A stretch of 64,000 bases of DNA, taken from positions 1-64,000 of the IMG/VR virus record IMGVR_UViG_3300017739_000004. One strand, written 5' to 3'. Under the pieces are notes generated by a model. That model saw only the letters and a list, made by a program, of their open reading frames with translations, did no database searches and was not told the origin of the DNA. The position numbers were made by a program, and so were the translations under genes. This document shows positions 29,755 through 39,956 of this stretch, piece after piece. Origin of the DNA: a virus. Within the stretch, counting starts at the first letter, position 1. Each line of letters begins with the position of its first letter.

Positions 29755-30175
29755 TTGGCTTTACGAAGGTAAGGTATTTAATCCACCAGATGATTTCACA
29801 TCCGAAGATTATTATGGATTTGTCTATTGCATTACGCACTTGGGAACCGGGACTAAATATATTGGAAAGAAGTTTTTCTGGTCCAAGAAAACTTTACCTA
29901 TCACAAAGAAAAGAAAAAGACGAAAAAGATTATTAGTAGAATCAGATTGGAGAGATTACTTTGGTTCTAATACACATTTAAAAGAAGAAGTTGTAACAGC
30001 TGGTAAAGATTTTTTTCATAGAGAGATAATTCATTTATGTAAAACAAAAGGTGAATGTGCATATATGGAAGCTAAAGAGCAATTTGATAGAGATGTTTTA
30101 TTATCAGATGATTATTATAATGGTATTATCAATTGTCGTATTGGTGCTCAATCAGTAAAAAACTTAAAAAAATAG
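29747..30175 (+). CDS. GIY-YIG family endonuclease
   Basis: GFVYCIT..KYIGKK, YFGS, YYN. Confidence 0.8.
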   Translation: MNDWLYEGKVFNPPDDFTSEDYYGFVYCITHLGTGTKYIGKKFFWSKKTLPITKKRKRRKRLLVESDWRDYFGSNTHLKEEVVTAGKDFFHREIIHLCKTKGECAYMEAKEQFDRDVLLSDDYYNGIINCRIGAQSVKNLKK

Positions 30176-30204
30176 TTTACATTTACATAAAACTGTGTTA
30201 TAAT
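30176..30204 (+). promoter_or_regulatory. sigma70-type promoter
   Basis: TTTACA-17bp-TATAAT with TGTG. Confidence 0.85.
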
Positions 30205-30215
30205 ATATCTTATAT

Positions 30216-30578
30216 ATGGGCAAAATAATTAAATTTCCTACTGGTGAAGAAATCGATCCTAAAGATTTAGGTATTGAAAGAACAGAATACGATATAATAA
30301 AAGACACTTCAGATGAATGTATCAGTGCATCACAAGAACTTCTGTCAATAATAGAAGAATTTATTACGACAGGTCAAGTATCAGAATATCCAGAATTTTT
30401 AAACATGAATTTTAGAGAAGAGGCTTTTCACGAGTCAAGGGATATATTTGTAATTGTCAATATGATAAACGCAATGTTGCAAAGGTATATGGGTATACCT
30501 CATGCATTGCATAAAGAATTAGATCGTAATTATGTAAAAATAAAACTGATGGGTAAATTACCATCAGAGGAAGAGTGA
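30216..30578 (+). CDS. Hypothetical protein
   Basis: MGKIIKFP start typical of phage proteins. Confidence 0.6.
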   Translation: MGKIIKFPTGEEIDPKDLGIERTEYDIIKDTSDECISASQELLSIIEEFITTGQVSEYPEFLNMNFREEAFHESRDIFVIVNMINAMLQRYMGIPHALHKELDRNYVKIKLMGKLPSEEE

Positions 30579-30674
30579 TATGGGAAAACTAAGGCAATGG
30601 TTTAGAATGTGGTTAGATAGACAAATAGAGCAATCATTACAAAGACAAGCCAATAAATTACACGGTAAGAAGAA

Positions 30675-31529
30675 ATGATATTATTAGATTATAGTCAAAT
30701 AGCTTTATCAAATATTATTGTACAAAGATTAAATGATGAATCTATGATACGTCACATGATACTGAACAGTATTAGAATGTATAATAAAAAATATAGAGAT
30801 CAATATGGCCAAATGGTTATTTGTGCAGATGGTATGAATACATGGAGAAAAGATTATTATCCATTGTATAAAGCACATAGAAGAAAAAACAGAGAAGAGT
30901 CAGATCAGGATTGGAATGAAATATTTAGAATTTTACATCTTGTTCGTGATGAAATTAAAGAGAACTTGCCTTATAAAGTATTACACATGGACGGTGTAGA
31001 GGCAGATGATATTATTGGAAGTCTTGTTATGTTTACACAAGAGTTTGGTAATGATGAACCAATAATGATTGTATCTAGTGATAAAGACTTTATACAATTA
31101 CAAAAATTTAATAATGTCAAACAATATAGTCCAATACAAAAAAAGATGGTGACTGATGATAACCCTCGAACCTATGCATTTAATCATATAATGAGAGGTG
31201 ATGGTGGTGATGGTATACCAAATGTTTTATCCGCTGATGACACTTTTGTCACAGATAAAACTCAAACACCATTAAGACAAACTAAGATTAATGAGTGGTT
31301 AGAAAACTCAGACAATCTAAAAGAAATTATGGACGAAAATACTTTTAGGAATTATCAAAGAAATAAGAAATTAATTGATTTAACAGAAATTCCAGAAGAG
31401 ATACAGGAATCCATTATAAATAAATATGTAGAACAACCAATCGCTATGCGTATGAAAGTTCTTAATTATTTAATTAAAAAAAGATGTAATCAGTTGATCG
31501 AAGTCGTGGAGGAATTTTATAATGGCTAA
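30675..31529 (+). CDS. rnh: RNase H / 5'-3' exonuclease
   Basis: WRKDYYPLYK, EADDIIG, SSDKDF, GDGGDGIPN. Confidence 0.93.
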   Translation: MILLDYSQIALSNIIVQRLNDESMIRHMILNSIRMYNKKYRDQYGQMVICADGMNTWRKDYYPLYKAHRRKNREESDQDWNEIFRILHLVRDEIKENLPYKVLHMDGVEADDIIGSLVMFTQEFGNDEPIMIVSSDKDFIQLQKFNNVKQYSPIQKKMVTDDNPRTYAFNHIMRGDGGDGIPNVLSADDTFVTDKTQTPLRQTKINEWLENSDNLKEIMDENTFRNYQRNKKLIDLTEIPEEIQESIINKYVEQPIAMRMKVLNYLIKKRCNQLIEVVEEFYNG

Positions 31530-31956
31530 ACCAACAATACCAGAAATATTTGAGAAGGCATCAAGCCTTACAGCTCGAAAAGATAAGATAGCATATATTC
31601 AAGAAGCTGCTGGAAAATATCCAGCTTTTCGTGATGTCTTGCGAATTAATTATGACCAAGATGTTGTATGTCTATTACCAGAAGGTGAACCACCTTATAA
31701 AAAAGATGATGCACCACATGGTCATGAGTATCAAATATTACACAAAGGTTATCGTATGTTTCAATATTTTTTCAAAGGTGGAAAAGGCAGTATGCTTCAA
31801 CCAATGAGAAGGGAAAGTATGTTTGTAAATTTATTAGAAACTTTACATGCAGAAGAAGCAGAATTATTAGTTTTGGCAAAAGATAGAAAACTAAAGTATA
31901 AAGGAATAACTAAAAAGTTAGTCCAAGATGCTTTACCAGGTTTAATTCAAAAATAA
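31522..31956 (+). CDS. Conserved T4-like hypothetical protein
   Basis: LPEGEPPY, RRESMF..LLE.LH..EAE; TATAAATA at 31415. Confidence 0.7.
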   Translation: MAKPTIPEIFEKASSLTARKDKIAYIQEAAGKYPAFRDVLRINYDQDVVCLLPEGEPPYKKDDAPHGHEYQILHKGYRMFQYFFKGGKGSMLQPMRRESMFVNLLETLHAEEAELLVLAKDRKLKYKGITKKLVQDALPGLIQK

Positions 31957-32011
31957 CAGGGAGGAATCTATAGTCGAACCTATATTATCGGGGTCAGTGC
32001 ACTGGCCCCAT

Positions 32012-32040
32012 TTGACATTTAATAACTAGTGTGTTATAAT
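32012..32040 (+). promoter_or_regulatory. sigma70-type promoter (leaderless transcript)
   Basis: TTGACA-17bp-TATAAT; ATG at 32048. Confidence 0.85.
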
Positions 32041-32047
32041 ATACAGT

Positions 32048-32596
32048 ATGAATATTTTTATTTTAGATAATGACCCAGTGATCGCAGCTCAAATGCAATG
32101 TGATAAACACGTAGTCAAAATGATAGTAGAATCGGGACAAATGCTTTCAACAGTACATAGAATGCTTGATGGTAAAATGGAACGAAGACTATCTAAGTCT
32201 GGAAAAGTAAGAGTACAATATTGGAAGCTAGATGATGATAGAGAGAATGTGTTATATAAAGCATGTCATTTTAATCACCCAAGCACTGTATGGACTAGAG
32301 AATCAATGTATAATTATAGATGGCACTATAAACATTTTATAGCTTTGTGTGATGAGTACACATATAGGTATGGTAAAATACATGCCACAGATAAAAAACT
32401 AAGAGAACCTTTAAGTAAATTACCTAATAATATACCAGTAAAAAAGATGACACAATTTAAATTAGCGATGGCATCAAATCCAGAATGTATATTCGAGGAT
32501 CCAATAAAATCCTATCGTGCATTTTATAAAACCAAAGAAGCAAGATTTAGTATGGTATGGACAAAAAGAGAAACACCTAATTGGTTTAGAGTATAA
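32048..32596 (+). CDS. Pyrimidine-dimer DNA glycosylase (DenV-like family)
   Basis: MNIFILD, DKHVVKMIVE..QMLST, NHPSTVW, EYTYRYGK.H. Confidence 0.75.
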   Translation: MNIFILDNDPVIAAQMQCDKHVVKMIVESGQMLSTVHRMLDGKMERRLSKSGKVRVQYWKLDDDRENVLYKACHFNHPSTVWTRESMYNYRWHYKHFIALCDEYTYRYGKIHATDKKLREPLSKLPNNIPVKKMTQFKLAMASNPECIFEDPIKSYRAFYKTKEARFSMVWTKRETPNWFRV

Positions 32597-32604
32597 ATAT
32601 TACA

Positions 32605-32856
32605 ATGATATACGAATTTAAAAATACAAAAACAGATGAAGTATTTGAATTGGTTATGCCATTAGCTGAATTAGATGATTATTTAAAAAACAATCCACAT
32701 ATAAAAAGGCATCATTCATCTGCACCTACCATATCGTATAGTGGTGAAGCAAGTAAAGGTGTATTAAACAGAGCAGGTGATGGTTGGAAAGAAGTTCAAG
32801 ATCGTATTAAAAGCGGATTACCACCAAAAGACAAACACAGGATAAAAACAAAATGA
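32605..32856 (+). CDS. FmdB-like small protein
   Basis: YEFKN..T.EVFE..M; TATAAATA at 32592. Confidence 0.6.
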   Translation: MIYEFKNTKTDEVFELVMPLAELDDYLKNNPHIKRHHSSAPTISYSGEASKGVLNRAGDGWKEVQDRIKSGLPPKDKHRIKTK

Positions 32857-33122
32857 AAAGAAAAGTTTTAGATAGCTGGAAAAGACCGATTGAAATAGAA
32901 GTTGAAGATAATACACCTGATCGTATACCTCAACAACTAAATTTTAATTTTGGACCAAGAGAGGCAACACCAGAAGAATTTGAAGAGTGGAGAAAAAGCG
33001 AATTGGATTGGTGGGGTGATCGACAATTTAAGTTTATTGTTTTAGCTGTAATAGTACAATTCAGCGCACTAGCATTTATGTTTACAACATTCATGGTAAT
33101 TGATATGGGATTAGGTAAATGA
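32853..33122 (+). CDS. Hypothetical membrane protein
   Basis: C-terminal TM segment. Confidence 0.55.
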   Translation: MKRKVLDSWKRPIEIEVEDNTPDRIPQQLNFNFGPREATPEEFEEWRKSELDWWGDRQFKFIVLAVIVQFSALAFMFTTFMVIDMGLGK

Positions 33123-33793
33123 ATTTTTTACATGAAACAATAGAACTGGATTATGCTGATCTAAAAACAGAAACAAAAGAATCAGGCAGAACTTATTTGG
33201 ATCCAGATGGTCATACATATCCATCTATAACTACAGTGTTATCGATATTATCTAGGGATGCGATTATTGCATGGAGAAATAGAGTTGGTGAAGAAGAAGC
33301 AAATCGTGTTAGTAGAATAGCTTCACAAAGAGGAACAAAGGTACATAACGTTATAGAAAAATATATTGCTAATAATCCAGATTATTTAGATGGTGTAATG
33401 CCACACAATATACAAACATTTAAAGATATACAAAGACATATAGACGAAAATTTAAATAAGGTTTACTCAATAGAAGCACCATTATATTCAAAACATTTAG
33501 GTGTTGCTGGAAGAGTTGATTGCGTAGGTCAATGGAATGGTAAAGATTCTATTATAGACTGGAAAACATCGCGTAAAGAAAAGAAAAAAAAGTGGATTTC
33601 TAATTACTTTATGCAGGCTGCAGCTTATGCAATCATGTGGGAAGAAAGAACGGGTAATCCTATTAAACAATTAGTAGTTGCCATAGCTGGTGACGAAGGT
33701 GCTCAAATCTTCATAGAAGATAGAGATAATTGGACTGATGACTTGATTAAAACAATCAATGATTATAAACGAGAAAAACTTTTTGGGAGATAA
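33119..33793 (+). CDS. PD-(D/E)XK (RecB/Cas4-like) exonuclease
   Basis: PSITTVL, RGT.VH, AGRVD, IIDWKTS, QAAAYA. Confidence 0.9.
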   Translation: MNFLHETIELDYADLKTETKESGRTYLDPDGHTYPSITTVLSILSRDAIIAWRNRVGEEEANRVSRIASQRGTKVHNVIEKYIANNPDYLDGVMPHNIQTFKDIQRHIDENLNKVYSIEAPLYSKHLGVAGRVDCVGQWNGKDSIIDWKTSRKEKKKKWISNYFMQAAAYAIMWEERTGNPIKQLVVAIAGDEGAQIFIEDRDNWTDDLIKTINDYKREKLFGR

Positions 33794-33794
33794 T

Positions 33795-33995
33795 ATGAAT
33801 TATTTACTAGAAGCTTTAATCAAAAAATTAGAAGGTGAAATAGAAGTTCACAAAGCTAATGTTATGGTATATGTAAAAAATCCTGCAGGTATTGGTGAAC
33901 ATTCTGATGTAGTCGAATCTATTGAAAAAGAAATAGAAAAGGTTGCAGATGCTGAAGATAAGATTGAAGCAATAATGAAACACTTTAAATACTAA
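33795..33995 (+). CDS. Small conserved hypothetical protein
   Basis: NPAGIGEH.D motif; GGAG RBS. Confidence 0.7.
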   Translation: MNYLLEALIKKLEGEIEVHKANVMVYVKNPAGIGEHSDVVESIEKEIEKVADAEDKIEAIMKHFKY

Positions 33996-34046
33996 AACTT
34001 ATAAATAGCTATTTACAATATCACAATTTTGTGTTATAATATACCT

Positions 34047-34652
34047 ATGGAAAGTTTTAAACAATACATATATGAAGGCAATAAAGGATTGACTATATTC
34101 GATATAGACGATACAATGTTTAAAACAAAAGCTAAAGTATTAGTAAGAAATAAAAATACTGACAAGGTGAAAGAATTATCACCTCAAGAGTATAATAACT
34201 ATAAGTTGCAGAAAGATGAAGAATGGGATTATCGCGAGTTTAAATCTGCAAAAGTTTTCTTCAAAACGGCAACACCAATAGCACGTATGGTTGAAAAGGC
34301 TAAAGCAATTATTAAGAACGCTACGGCCAAAGGTTCAAAGGTTATCATTGTGACTGCAAGAGCTGATATGGATAATAGAGATTTATTCATTAAGACTTTT
34401 GAAGCTCATGGTATACCTATGAAAAATGTATATGTTGAAAGAGCTGGAAATATGTCAAATAAATCTAGTGCAGCTGCGAAACAAGTAATATTTAAAAAAT
34501 ACTTAGAGACCGGCGAATATGCAAGAGTAAGATTATTTGATGACCACATGGAAAATCTAAATGCATTATTAGAATTAAAAAGAGATTATCCAAATGTAGA
34601 TTTTCAAGCTTATCAAGCAGATATGAAAGGAAGTGTAAAAAGAATTAAGTGA
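34047..34652 (+). CDS. HAD-family phosphatase
   Basis: FDIDDT, VTAR, FDD; starts MESFKQYIYE; promoters at 34000 (late) and 34012-34040 (sigma70). Confidence 0.8.
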   Translation: MESFKQYIYEGNKGLTIFDIDDTMFKTKAKVLVRNKNTDKVKELSPQEYNNYKLQKDEEWDYREFKSAKVFFKTATPIARMVEKAKAIIKNATAKGSKVIIVTARADMDNRDLFIKTFEAHGIPMKNVYVERAGNMSNKSSAAAKQVIFKKYLETGEYARVRLFDDHMENLNALLELKRDYPNVDFQAYQADMKGSVKRIK

Positions 34653-34733
34653 TTTATAATAGAATGAGAAGTGCAGCCTATGGTGAAGGTCAAAGATATT
34701 TTCGCTGGTGGCTCTTTAAAACAGGGAGAATGA

Positions 34734-34928
34734 ATGCCAATTAAATTAAGTAAAAGTATAACAAGAATAGATCGTGCCACAAAGAAGGTGACGACAGAAC
34801 ACGACTATATGCATACTCATAGTACACCTGATCTTATTGAAAAATATAATAATCACATGACAAGAAAGAAAGACAAAAGAAAAATTAAGAATGAATTAGT
34901 AAAACGCGGAGGAGTGGTTTTTGGCTAA
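34734..34928 (+). CDS. Small basic hypothetical protein
   Basis: GGAG RBS; C-terminal NELVKRG. Confidence 0.6.
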   Translation: MPIKLSKSITRIDRATKKVTTEHDYMHTHSTPDLIEKYNNHMTRKKDKRKIKNELVKRGGVVFG

Positions 34929-35057
34929 ACCTACTGGTGCATATTCAACACACCATGTTGGAATCAAAAAGGGTACTAGCCAAGGACGTAGACCGGACAC
35001 TTCTACGATGAATAAAAACAAACGCCGGTCGTACAAAAAATATCGAGGTCAAGGAAA

Positions 35058-35441
35058 ATGAAAAAATTATTATTTTGGGTGATTGATTGCTGGAGAGTTG
35101 TTATGGATATGAGGTATAATCCTTTAAGACATATTAAAGACCCATCAATTCAAATGTACTTTTATTTAGCACTCTTTATGATGTGGAGTGGATATTTTGC
35201 AGTTCTTGCATGGACTTATTTAGGGTGGGTTGATTATAGTATTACATATTCTGTTGTAATTCACTTAGCTGTATTAATTCCTTTATTTATTACAAATGCT
35301 ATATTTGCAGAAGCAGAAAAAAATGGTTCTAAGTGGTATACAAGTTTTAGAACACAACAAGATATAGAGGCTATGAATAAAAGATTATCACAACCTAATT
35401 ACGAAAAAAGAGTTAAGTGGGATATAGATAGAGAAGCTTAA
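35058..35441 (+). CDS. Membrane protein
   Basis: MD.RYNPL..I; two TMs. Confidence 0.65.
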   Translation: MKKLLFWVIDCWRVVMDMRYNPLRHIKDPSIQMYFYLALFMMWSGYFAVLAWTYLGWVDYSITYSVVIHLAVLIPLFITNAIFAEAEKNGSKWYTSFRTQQDIEAMNKRLSQPNYEKRVKWDIDREA

Positions 35442-35737
35442 TGTATAGTGCTAGAGAAAAAAGACTTATTCAACAAAGAGTAATCTCTACGGTTTTAGGT
35501 ATAAGTTTATTGATAGGTACAATATATATTTTTATTGCTTATCAGCCAAGTTTATTTAATGGGTAAAGGAAGTAAGCGAAGGCCTACTATTATAACAGAT
35601 CAGCAATTCCAAGATAATTGGGATTCTATTTTTACTCGTAAAAAAACTCCTAAGCACGGTGCAACAAAAATTCATAAAGACAAGACCAAACTAAAGCCTA
35701 GAGATTATAAATATAAGAATAAGATAGAGGAATAACC

Positions 35738-36004
35738 ATGAGTATAGATTTAGATAAATTTGATTTTGGATTTACGGCTGTAGATGAAGATGAATTGGAA
35801 GTCGTACAGAAACAAAGTCAAAAATTAGAATCAACTTCAGGCAAAGCAGAAGAGCTAGAAGATAAATTAAATAAATTATATAATTCTATATTACCATTAT
35901 TAAGTAATTTAAAAGCAAATCCAGAAAAAGATTATATTTACTGGCCTAAGAGAACAGAAAAAGTAGAAGCATTCGAAGATTTAATTGCGGAGATAGTTAA
36001 GTAA
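35738..36004 (+). CDS. Conserved T4-like hypothetical protein
   Basis: FDFGFTAVDE, PLLSNL..NPEKDYIYWP.R; TATAAATA at 35706. Confidence 0.7.
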   Translation: MSIDLDKFDFGFTAVDEDELEVVQKQSQKLESTSGKAEELEDKLNKLYNSILPLLSNLKANPEKDYIYWPKRTEKVEAFEDLIAEIVK

Positions 36005-36999
36005 TGGGTGTCAAAGGTAGTGGAGAATTAAGATTTCCAGATCACGAGAACGAAAGTACTGGTCAAGATATAACAGAAGAATTTGGACCAGATGGTTCAT
36101 CTAATACAAACATAAGTTTAAAATCTTTTTATAAAGGTGGTAGTAGAGTACCAAATATAACTGAAAATAGTAATGTACCTACATCAGGTGAAATATCATT
36201 AAAAGATTTTTATAATGCAGCTGATTTAAGTTTTGATGGTAATTCATCTGGAACAACAGGTAATTTCAGCTTTGCGGCCGCTGATTTAATTCCAGCAGGT
36301 AATGGACATCCTAATTTTGATATGAATTCATCAGGTACGGCTGGTATAAGTAATACATGGGAAATGCAAAATAGAACAACACAGGCTAATCCACCTCCAG
36401 CCTTTCCATCAAGTAATTCTGCAGCCCTTTCAACTGCAACTATTCATATTGGAAACGATCAAACGAATAAAAGAATTCTATTACTATTATTAAAAGATGG
36501 TTCACACGCTGTTCAAGCTGGTGGATTAAATGGTACTAACGCATCATATAGAGTATTACCTTATGTTGGTTTAGAAAATGCTACATGGACAGCTAAAATA
36601 GAATATAATTCTAATGGTGGGGGATATGATAGTACTAATAGTACAATAGGAACATATAATGGTGCAACTAATAGTATATTAACTTATAGTACATCTTCAG
36701 CATTTCATACACTACCAACTGCAGATACATTTCTTAGTGTGCCATCATTTACTGGAATGGCAGCTGATGGAGAAAGCATAATTTCAGATGGAAGTTCAAG
36801 ACAATTTACTTGGGCTGCGAAGGTAGCTGGTAATCTCAGTAGTACTGCATCTAACACAGGTTCTGGTACAGTTTCAGGTGGACTTTCAACGACAGGATGT
36901 AGAATTACTATAAAAGCTGTATCAGGTAGTGATACATTTCAAACTGTATCTGATTATTGGGAAATAGGTTTATCAACTCAAAAAGGTGGATTAGAATAA
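36004..36999 (+). CDS. Ser/Gly/Thr-rich virion fibre or decoration protein
   Basis: ISL..FY repeats, PTSGEISL, low-complexity beta-rich body. Confidence 0.6.
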   Translation: MGVKGSGELRFPDHENESTGQDITEEFGPDGSSNTNISLKSFYKGGSRVPNITENSNVPTSGEISLKDFYNAADLSFDGNSSGTTGNFSFAAADLIPAGNGHPNFDMNSSGTAGISNTWEMQNRTTQANPPPAFPSSNSAALSTATIHIGNDQTNKRILLLLLKDGSHAVQAGGLNGTNASYRVLPYVGLENATWTAKIEYNSNGGGYDSTNSTIGTYNGATNSILTYSTSSAFHTLPTADTFLSVPSFTGMAADGESIISDGSSRQFTWAAKVAGNLSSTASNTGSGTVSGGLSTTGCRITIKAVSGSDTFQTVSDYWEIGLSTQKGGLE

Positions 37000-38228
37000 T
37001 GGCAGTTCCTAGTTCAGGTACATTAACAATGTTAAAAATCTTTTCAGAAAAAAATGAAAACGATTATGATGCAAATAATGCTGATGGAGAAAGTTCATTT
37101 AGTTTAACCGGGTTAAGTAGTAATTCTACGAATGATAGTTCAGGTGGTAATATTAATCTCAATAGTGATGGAAGCCCAGGTCCTGATGGAAACACTCCTC
37201 ACTCAATGAGTGAGTTTTATAATTATGACCAAGACTTTATATATTGGGGAACTAACATTGGTGTAGGACAAGCATGGGGTAATCAAACCGGTACAAATGC
37301 TTCTACTGCATTAGCTGGTTGTACCATAGGTTTTGCTTTTCAACCTGCAAATAATAGAGTTAGATATAGAACAAGTAATTTTAGTAATTCAGTAGCTACT
37401 AGTTATTCTTTTAGTAATATAACTTATAATACAACAACTGATCCAGACCAATGTGAATTCCAAATAACATTTTCAGGAACAAGTTTTGGTTCAGGTTCAA
37501 CATCATTACCAGTAGGTCTTACTAGTGGAACTTTCCAACAAATGGCTAAACAAAGTAGCTCAAGTGATACAGGGTCATTTACAGATAACACATGGTCAGT
37601 GACCAAAACTAGTGGTAGTGGTAGCAGGTCTTATAGTACTAATGGTGGCACTAACCCTTCATGGAGTGTACGAGCAAAAAATTCTAGTGGAACTGTTCTT
37701 GCAACAAGTCTTTCATCAAATAATAATCAGATTAGTCTAACTGCTACTAGAAGTAGTGGTGGTGGATTCCCAGGATTTCCAGGTCCGGGTGACTTTTGTA
37801 TACATGAAGATATGTTAGTCAATACAGAATTAGGCCCAATGCATATCAAAGAAGTTGTAGATAGAGACCCAAAACTATGGGCATACAATTGGGATAAAAA
37901 ACAAAAAGAATTAGTAGATCAAGTTAAAGTTTTATTAGTAGAACATGATAATTTATATATTATTAATAATGAATTTAAGATAACAGAAGATCATATTATG
38001 TATGGTGAGAATAATGAAACATATTCTATAATACCAGAACTTGCTTTGAAAAATTATGGTAAACACTCACAAGAATTAAAGGTTGGTGATAAACTAAGTA
38101 CTTTAAGCGGTGATAAATATATAGTGAATACCATAGAAAGATATGATGGTATGCATTTAACTTATACTATTAGTACACAATATAATAATTTTTATGCTAA
38201 TGATATATTAGTTGACTCGGAGATATAA
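36999..38228 (+). CDS. Fibre-like protein with C-terminal Hint domain
   Basis: MAVPSSG/PHSMSEFY N-terminus; CIHEDMLV, ITEDH, LKVGD, NFYANDILV. Confidence 0.75.
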   Translation: MAVPSSGTLTMLKIFSEKNENDYDANNADGESSFSLTGLSSNSTNDSSGGNINLNSDGSPGPDGNTPHSMSEFYNYDQDFIYWGTNIGVGQAWGNQTGTNASTALAGCTIGFAFQPANNRVRYRTSNFSNSVATSYSFSNITYNTTTDPDQCEFQITFSGTSFGSGSTSLPVGLTSGTFQQMAKQSSSSDTGSFTDNTWSVTKTSGSGSRSYSTNGGTNPSWSVRAKNSSGTVLATSLSSNNNQISLTATRSSGGGFPGFPGPGDFCIHEDMLVNTELGPMHIKEVVDRDPKLWAYNWDKKQKELVDQVKVLLVEHDNLYIINNEFKITEDHIMYGENNETYSIIPELALKNYGKHSQELKVGDKLSTLSGDKYIVNTIERYDGMHLTYTISTQYNNFYANDILVDSEI

Positions 38229-38399
38229 TGAAATCTTATATAGTCACATGTACTTATACATCAGATGGTGGTGGAACAGCAAAACAATATATGATTGGAG
38301 AAGATTATGAAGAAGGTACAACAGAATATGAAAACGAATTAGCCCGTCTGACTGCAGAAGCGCAGGTGGGTTATGATAATTATGATAACGGAGTATAAT

Positions 38400-38840
38400 A
38401 TGAATATAGAACAATTAAAAGAAACACTGAAAATTGATGAAGGAGTAGTTTATGAAATATATAGTGACCACCTTGGTTATCCTACATTCGGTATTGGTCA
38501 TCTTGTCCTTGAAGGAGATGAAGAACATGGGAAGTCGTTGGGCACTCCTGTATCCGAGGCACGAGTTGATGATTGCTTTGAAAAAGATGTAGAATATGTT
38601 TTAAATGATTGCAAAATCTTACACGAAGATTTTGATAATTATCCAGAAGAAGTCAAGCAAATAATTGCTAATATGATGTTCAATATGGGAAGAACAAGAT
38701 TAACTAAATTTAGAAAACACAATGCAGCATTACAAAAAGGTGATTGGAAAACTGCAGCTATCGAAGGACGAGACTCAAGATGGTACAAACAAGTGACAAA
38801 CAGAGCCGAGAGGCTGATGAAAAGACTAGAGGAAGTGTGA
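38400..38840 (+). CDS. e: T4-type lysozyme (GH24) endolysin
   Basis: DEG..Y.DHLGYPTFGIGH, NMMFNMG, DSRWYKQV..RA. Confidence 0.9.
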   Translation: MNIEQLKETLKIDEGVVYEIYSDHLGYPTFGIGHLVLEGDEEHGKSLGTPVSEARVDDCFEKDVEYVLNDCKILHEDFDNYPEEVKQIIANMMFNMGRTRLTKFRKHNAALQKGDWKTAAIEGRDSRWYKQVTNRAERLMKRLEEV

Positions 38841-38966
38841 GACCATTTCCTATAGGAGCTTTTGTTGAATCAGATCAAGAACAATCTGTAAAAGGTTGGT
38901 ATTGGTGTTCTGATAAAAGAGCTCATTTTAGATATACTGATTGGCATAAACCAATGAGTGATTTTT

Positions 38967-38974
38967 TATAAATA
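38967..38974 (+). promoter_or_regulatory. T4 late promoter
   Basis: TATAAATA upstream of the operon containing iscU/iscA. Confidence 0.75.
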
Positions 38975-38995
38975 TAATATATACATGGAGGAATT

Positions 38996-39193
38996 ATGTT
39001 TACGTGGTTAAAAAATTTATTAGGTGTAGGAGAAGCATCTGGCAAAAGAGCTAGAAATGCGAAAGGCAGATTTGTTGCTGATAATCCAGATACACCTGAT
39101 GTGAACGAAGCGTATGTTGATGGTAAAACACCAACTCGTAAGAAAAAACCTGCCGCTAAAAAAAGAGGCAGACCAAGAAAGAATAGGAAATAA
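38996..39193 (+). CDS. Small basic protein with AT-hook-like motif
   Basis: RARNAKGRFVAD.P.TP.VNEA; KRGRPRK. Confidence 0.65.
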   Translation: MFTWLKNLLGVGEASGKRARNAKGRFVADNPDTPDVNEAYVDGKTPTRKKKPAAKKRGRPRKNRK

Positions 39194-39195
39194 AA

Positions 39196-39462
39196 ATGGC
39201 AAGCACATTAAAATTATTAGGGTCGGAAGCGGCTTTAAGTACAACTGCTAGTAATGTCGGAAGAGCTAAACTTGTAAGAGTATTAAATACAGATACAACT
39301 GCTAGATTAGTGACTGTAAAAAGTGGTTCTAATACTATAGGTACTATAACACTTGCACCATCTGAAGTACAAAATATTATGAAATTACCAGCTGAAACTT
39401 TAGAAGTAGCAACGGCAGCAAGTACAAAGGTAAAAGCAGTAAGTATAGCATATACTAATTAA
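39196..39462 (+). CDS. Small beta-rich virion-type protein
   Basis: Coupled late ORF. Confidence 0.55.
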   Translation: MASTLKLLGSEAALSTTASNVGRAKLVRVLNTDTTARLVTVKSGSNTIGTITLAPSEVQNIMKLPAETLEVATAASTKVKAVSIAYTN

Positions 39463-39956
39463 TGGCATATTCAAAAGAGGTCACCGAGAGATTTTATGGG
39501 GTCTTAAATAATCCTCAGAGTTTTTCTGTGGGAAGATTCGACCCCAAAGCGCCTAATGTCGCTACAGGAATGACCGGTGCTCCAGCTTGTGGAGATGTCA
39601 TGAAGCTACAATTAAAGCTGAACGAAAAAGAAGAAATAATCGATGTTAAATTTAAAACATATGGTTGTGGTTCAGCTATAGCATCATCTACAATGTTTGT
39701 AGAAATGCTGAAAGGTAAAACTGTAGAAGAAGCTAAAAAGATTAAAGATCGTGATATAGCAGAAGCTTTAGATTTACCACCAATCAAATTGCATTGTTCT
39801 GTTTTAGCAGAAGATTCTATTAAGAAAGCAATAGAAGATTGGGAAAGCAAAAAACATAGGCAGCATAATTATCAAACTTATCCAACAACAGAGCATGACG
39901 AATCAGATGATTTAGAAGCTGCCAAGAGAGTTGATAATGTCGGAAACACTGATTGA
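39462..39956 (+). CDS. iscU: Fe-S cluster scaffold IscU
   Basis: GAPACGDVM, KTYGCGSAIASS, LPPIKLHCS. Confidence 0.95.
   Translation: MAYSKEVTERFYGVLNNPQSFSVGRFDPKAPNVATGMTGAPACGDVMKLQLKLNEKEEIIDVKFKTYGCGSAIASSTMFVEMLKGKTVEEAKKIKDRDIAEALDLPPIKLHCSVLAEDSIKKAIEDWESKKHRQHNYQTYPTTEHDESDDLEAAKRVDNVGNTD

Noticed and set aside
29747-30175. Mobile homing endonuclease
   Set aside because: It has only the catalytic GIY-YIG domain, with no DNA-binding repeats and no interrupted host gene.
37797-38228. Mobile self-splicing intein
   Set aside because: No homing endonuclease, no terminal His-Asn and no C-extein.
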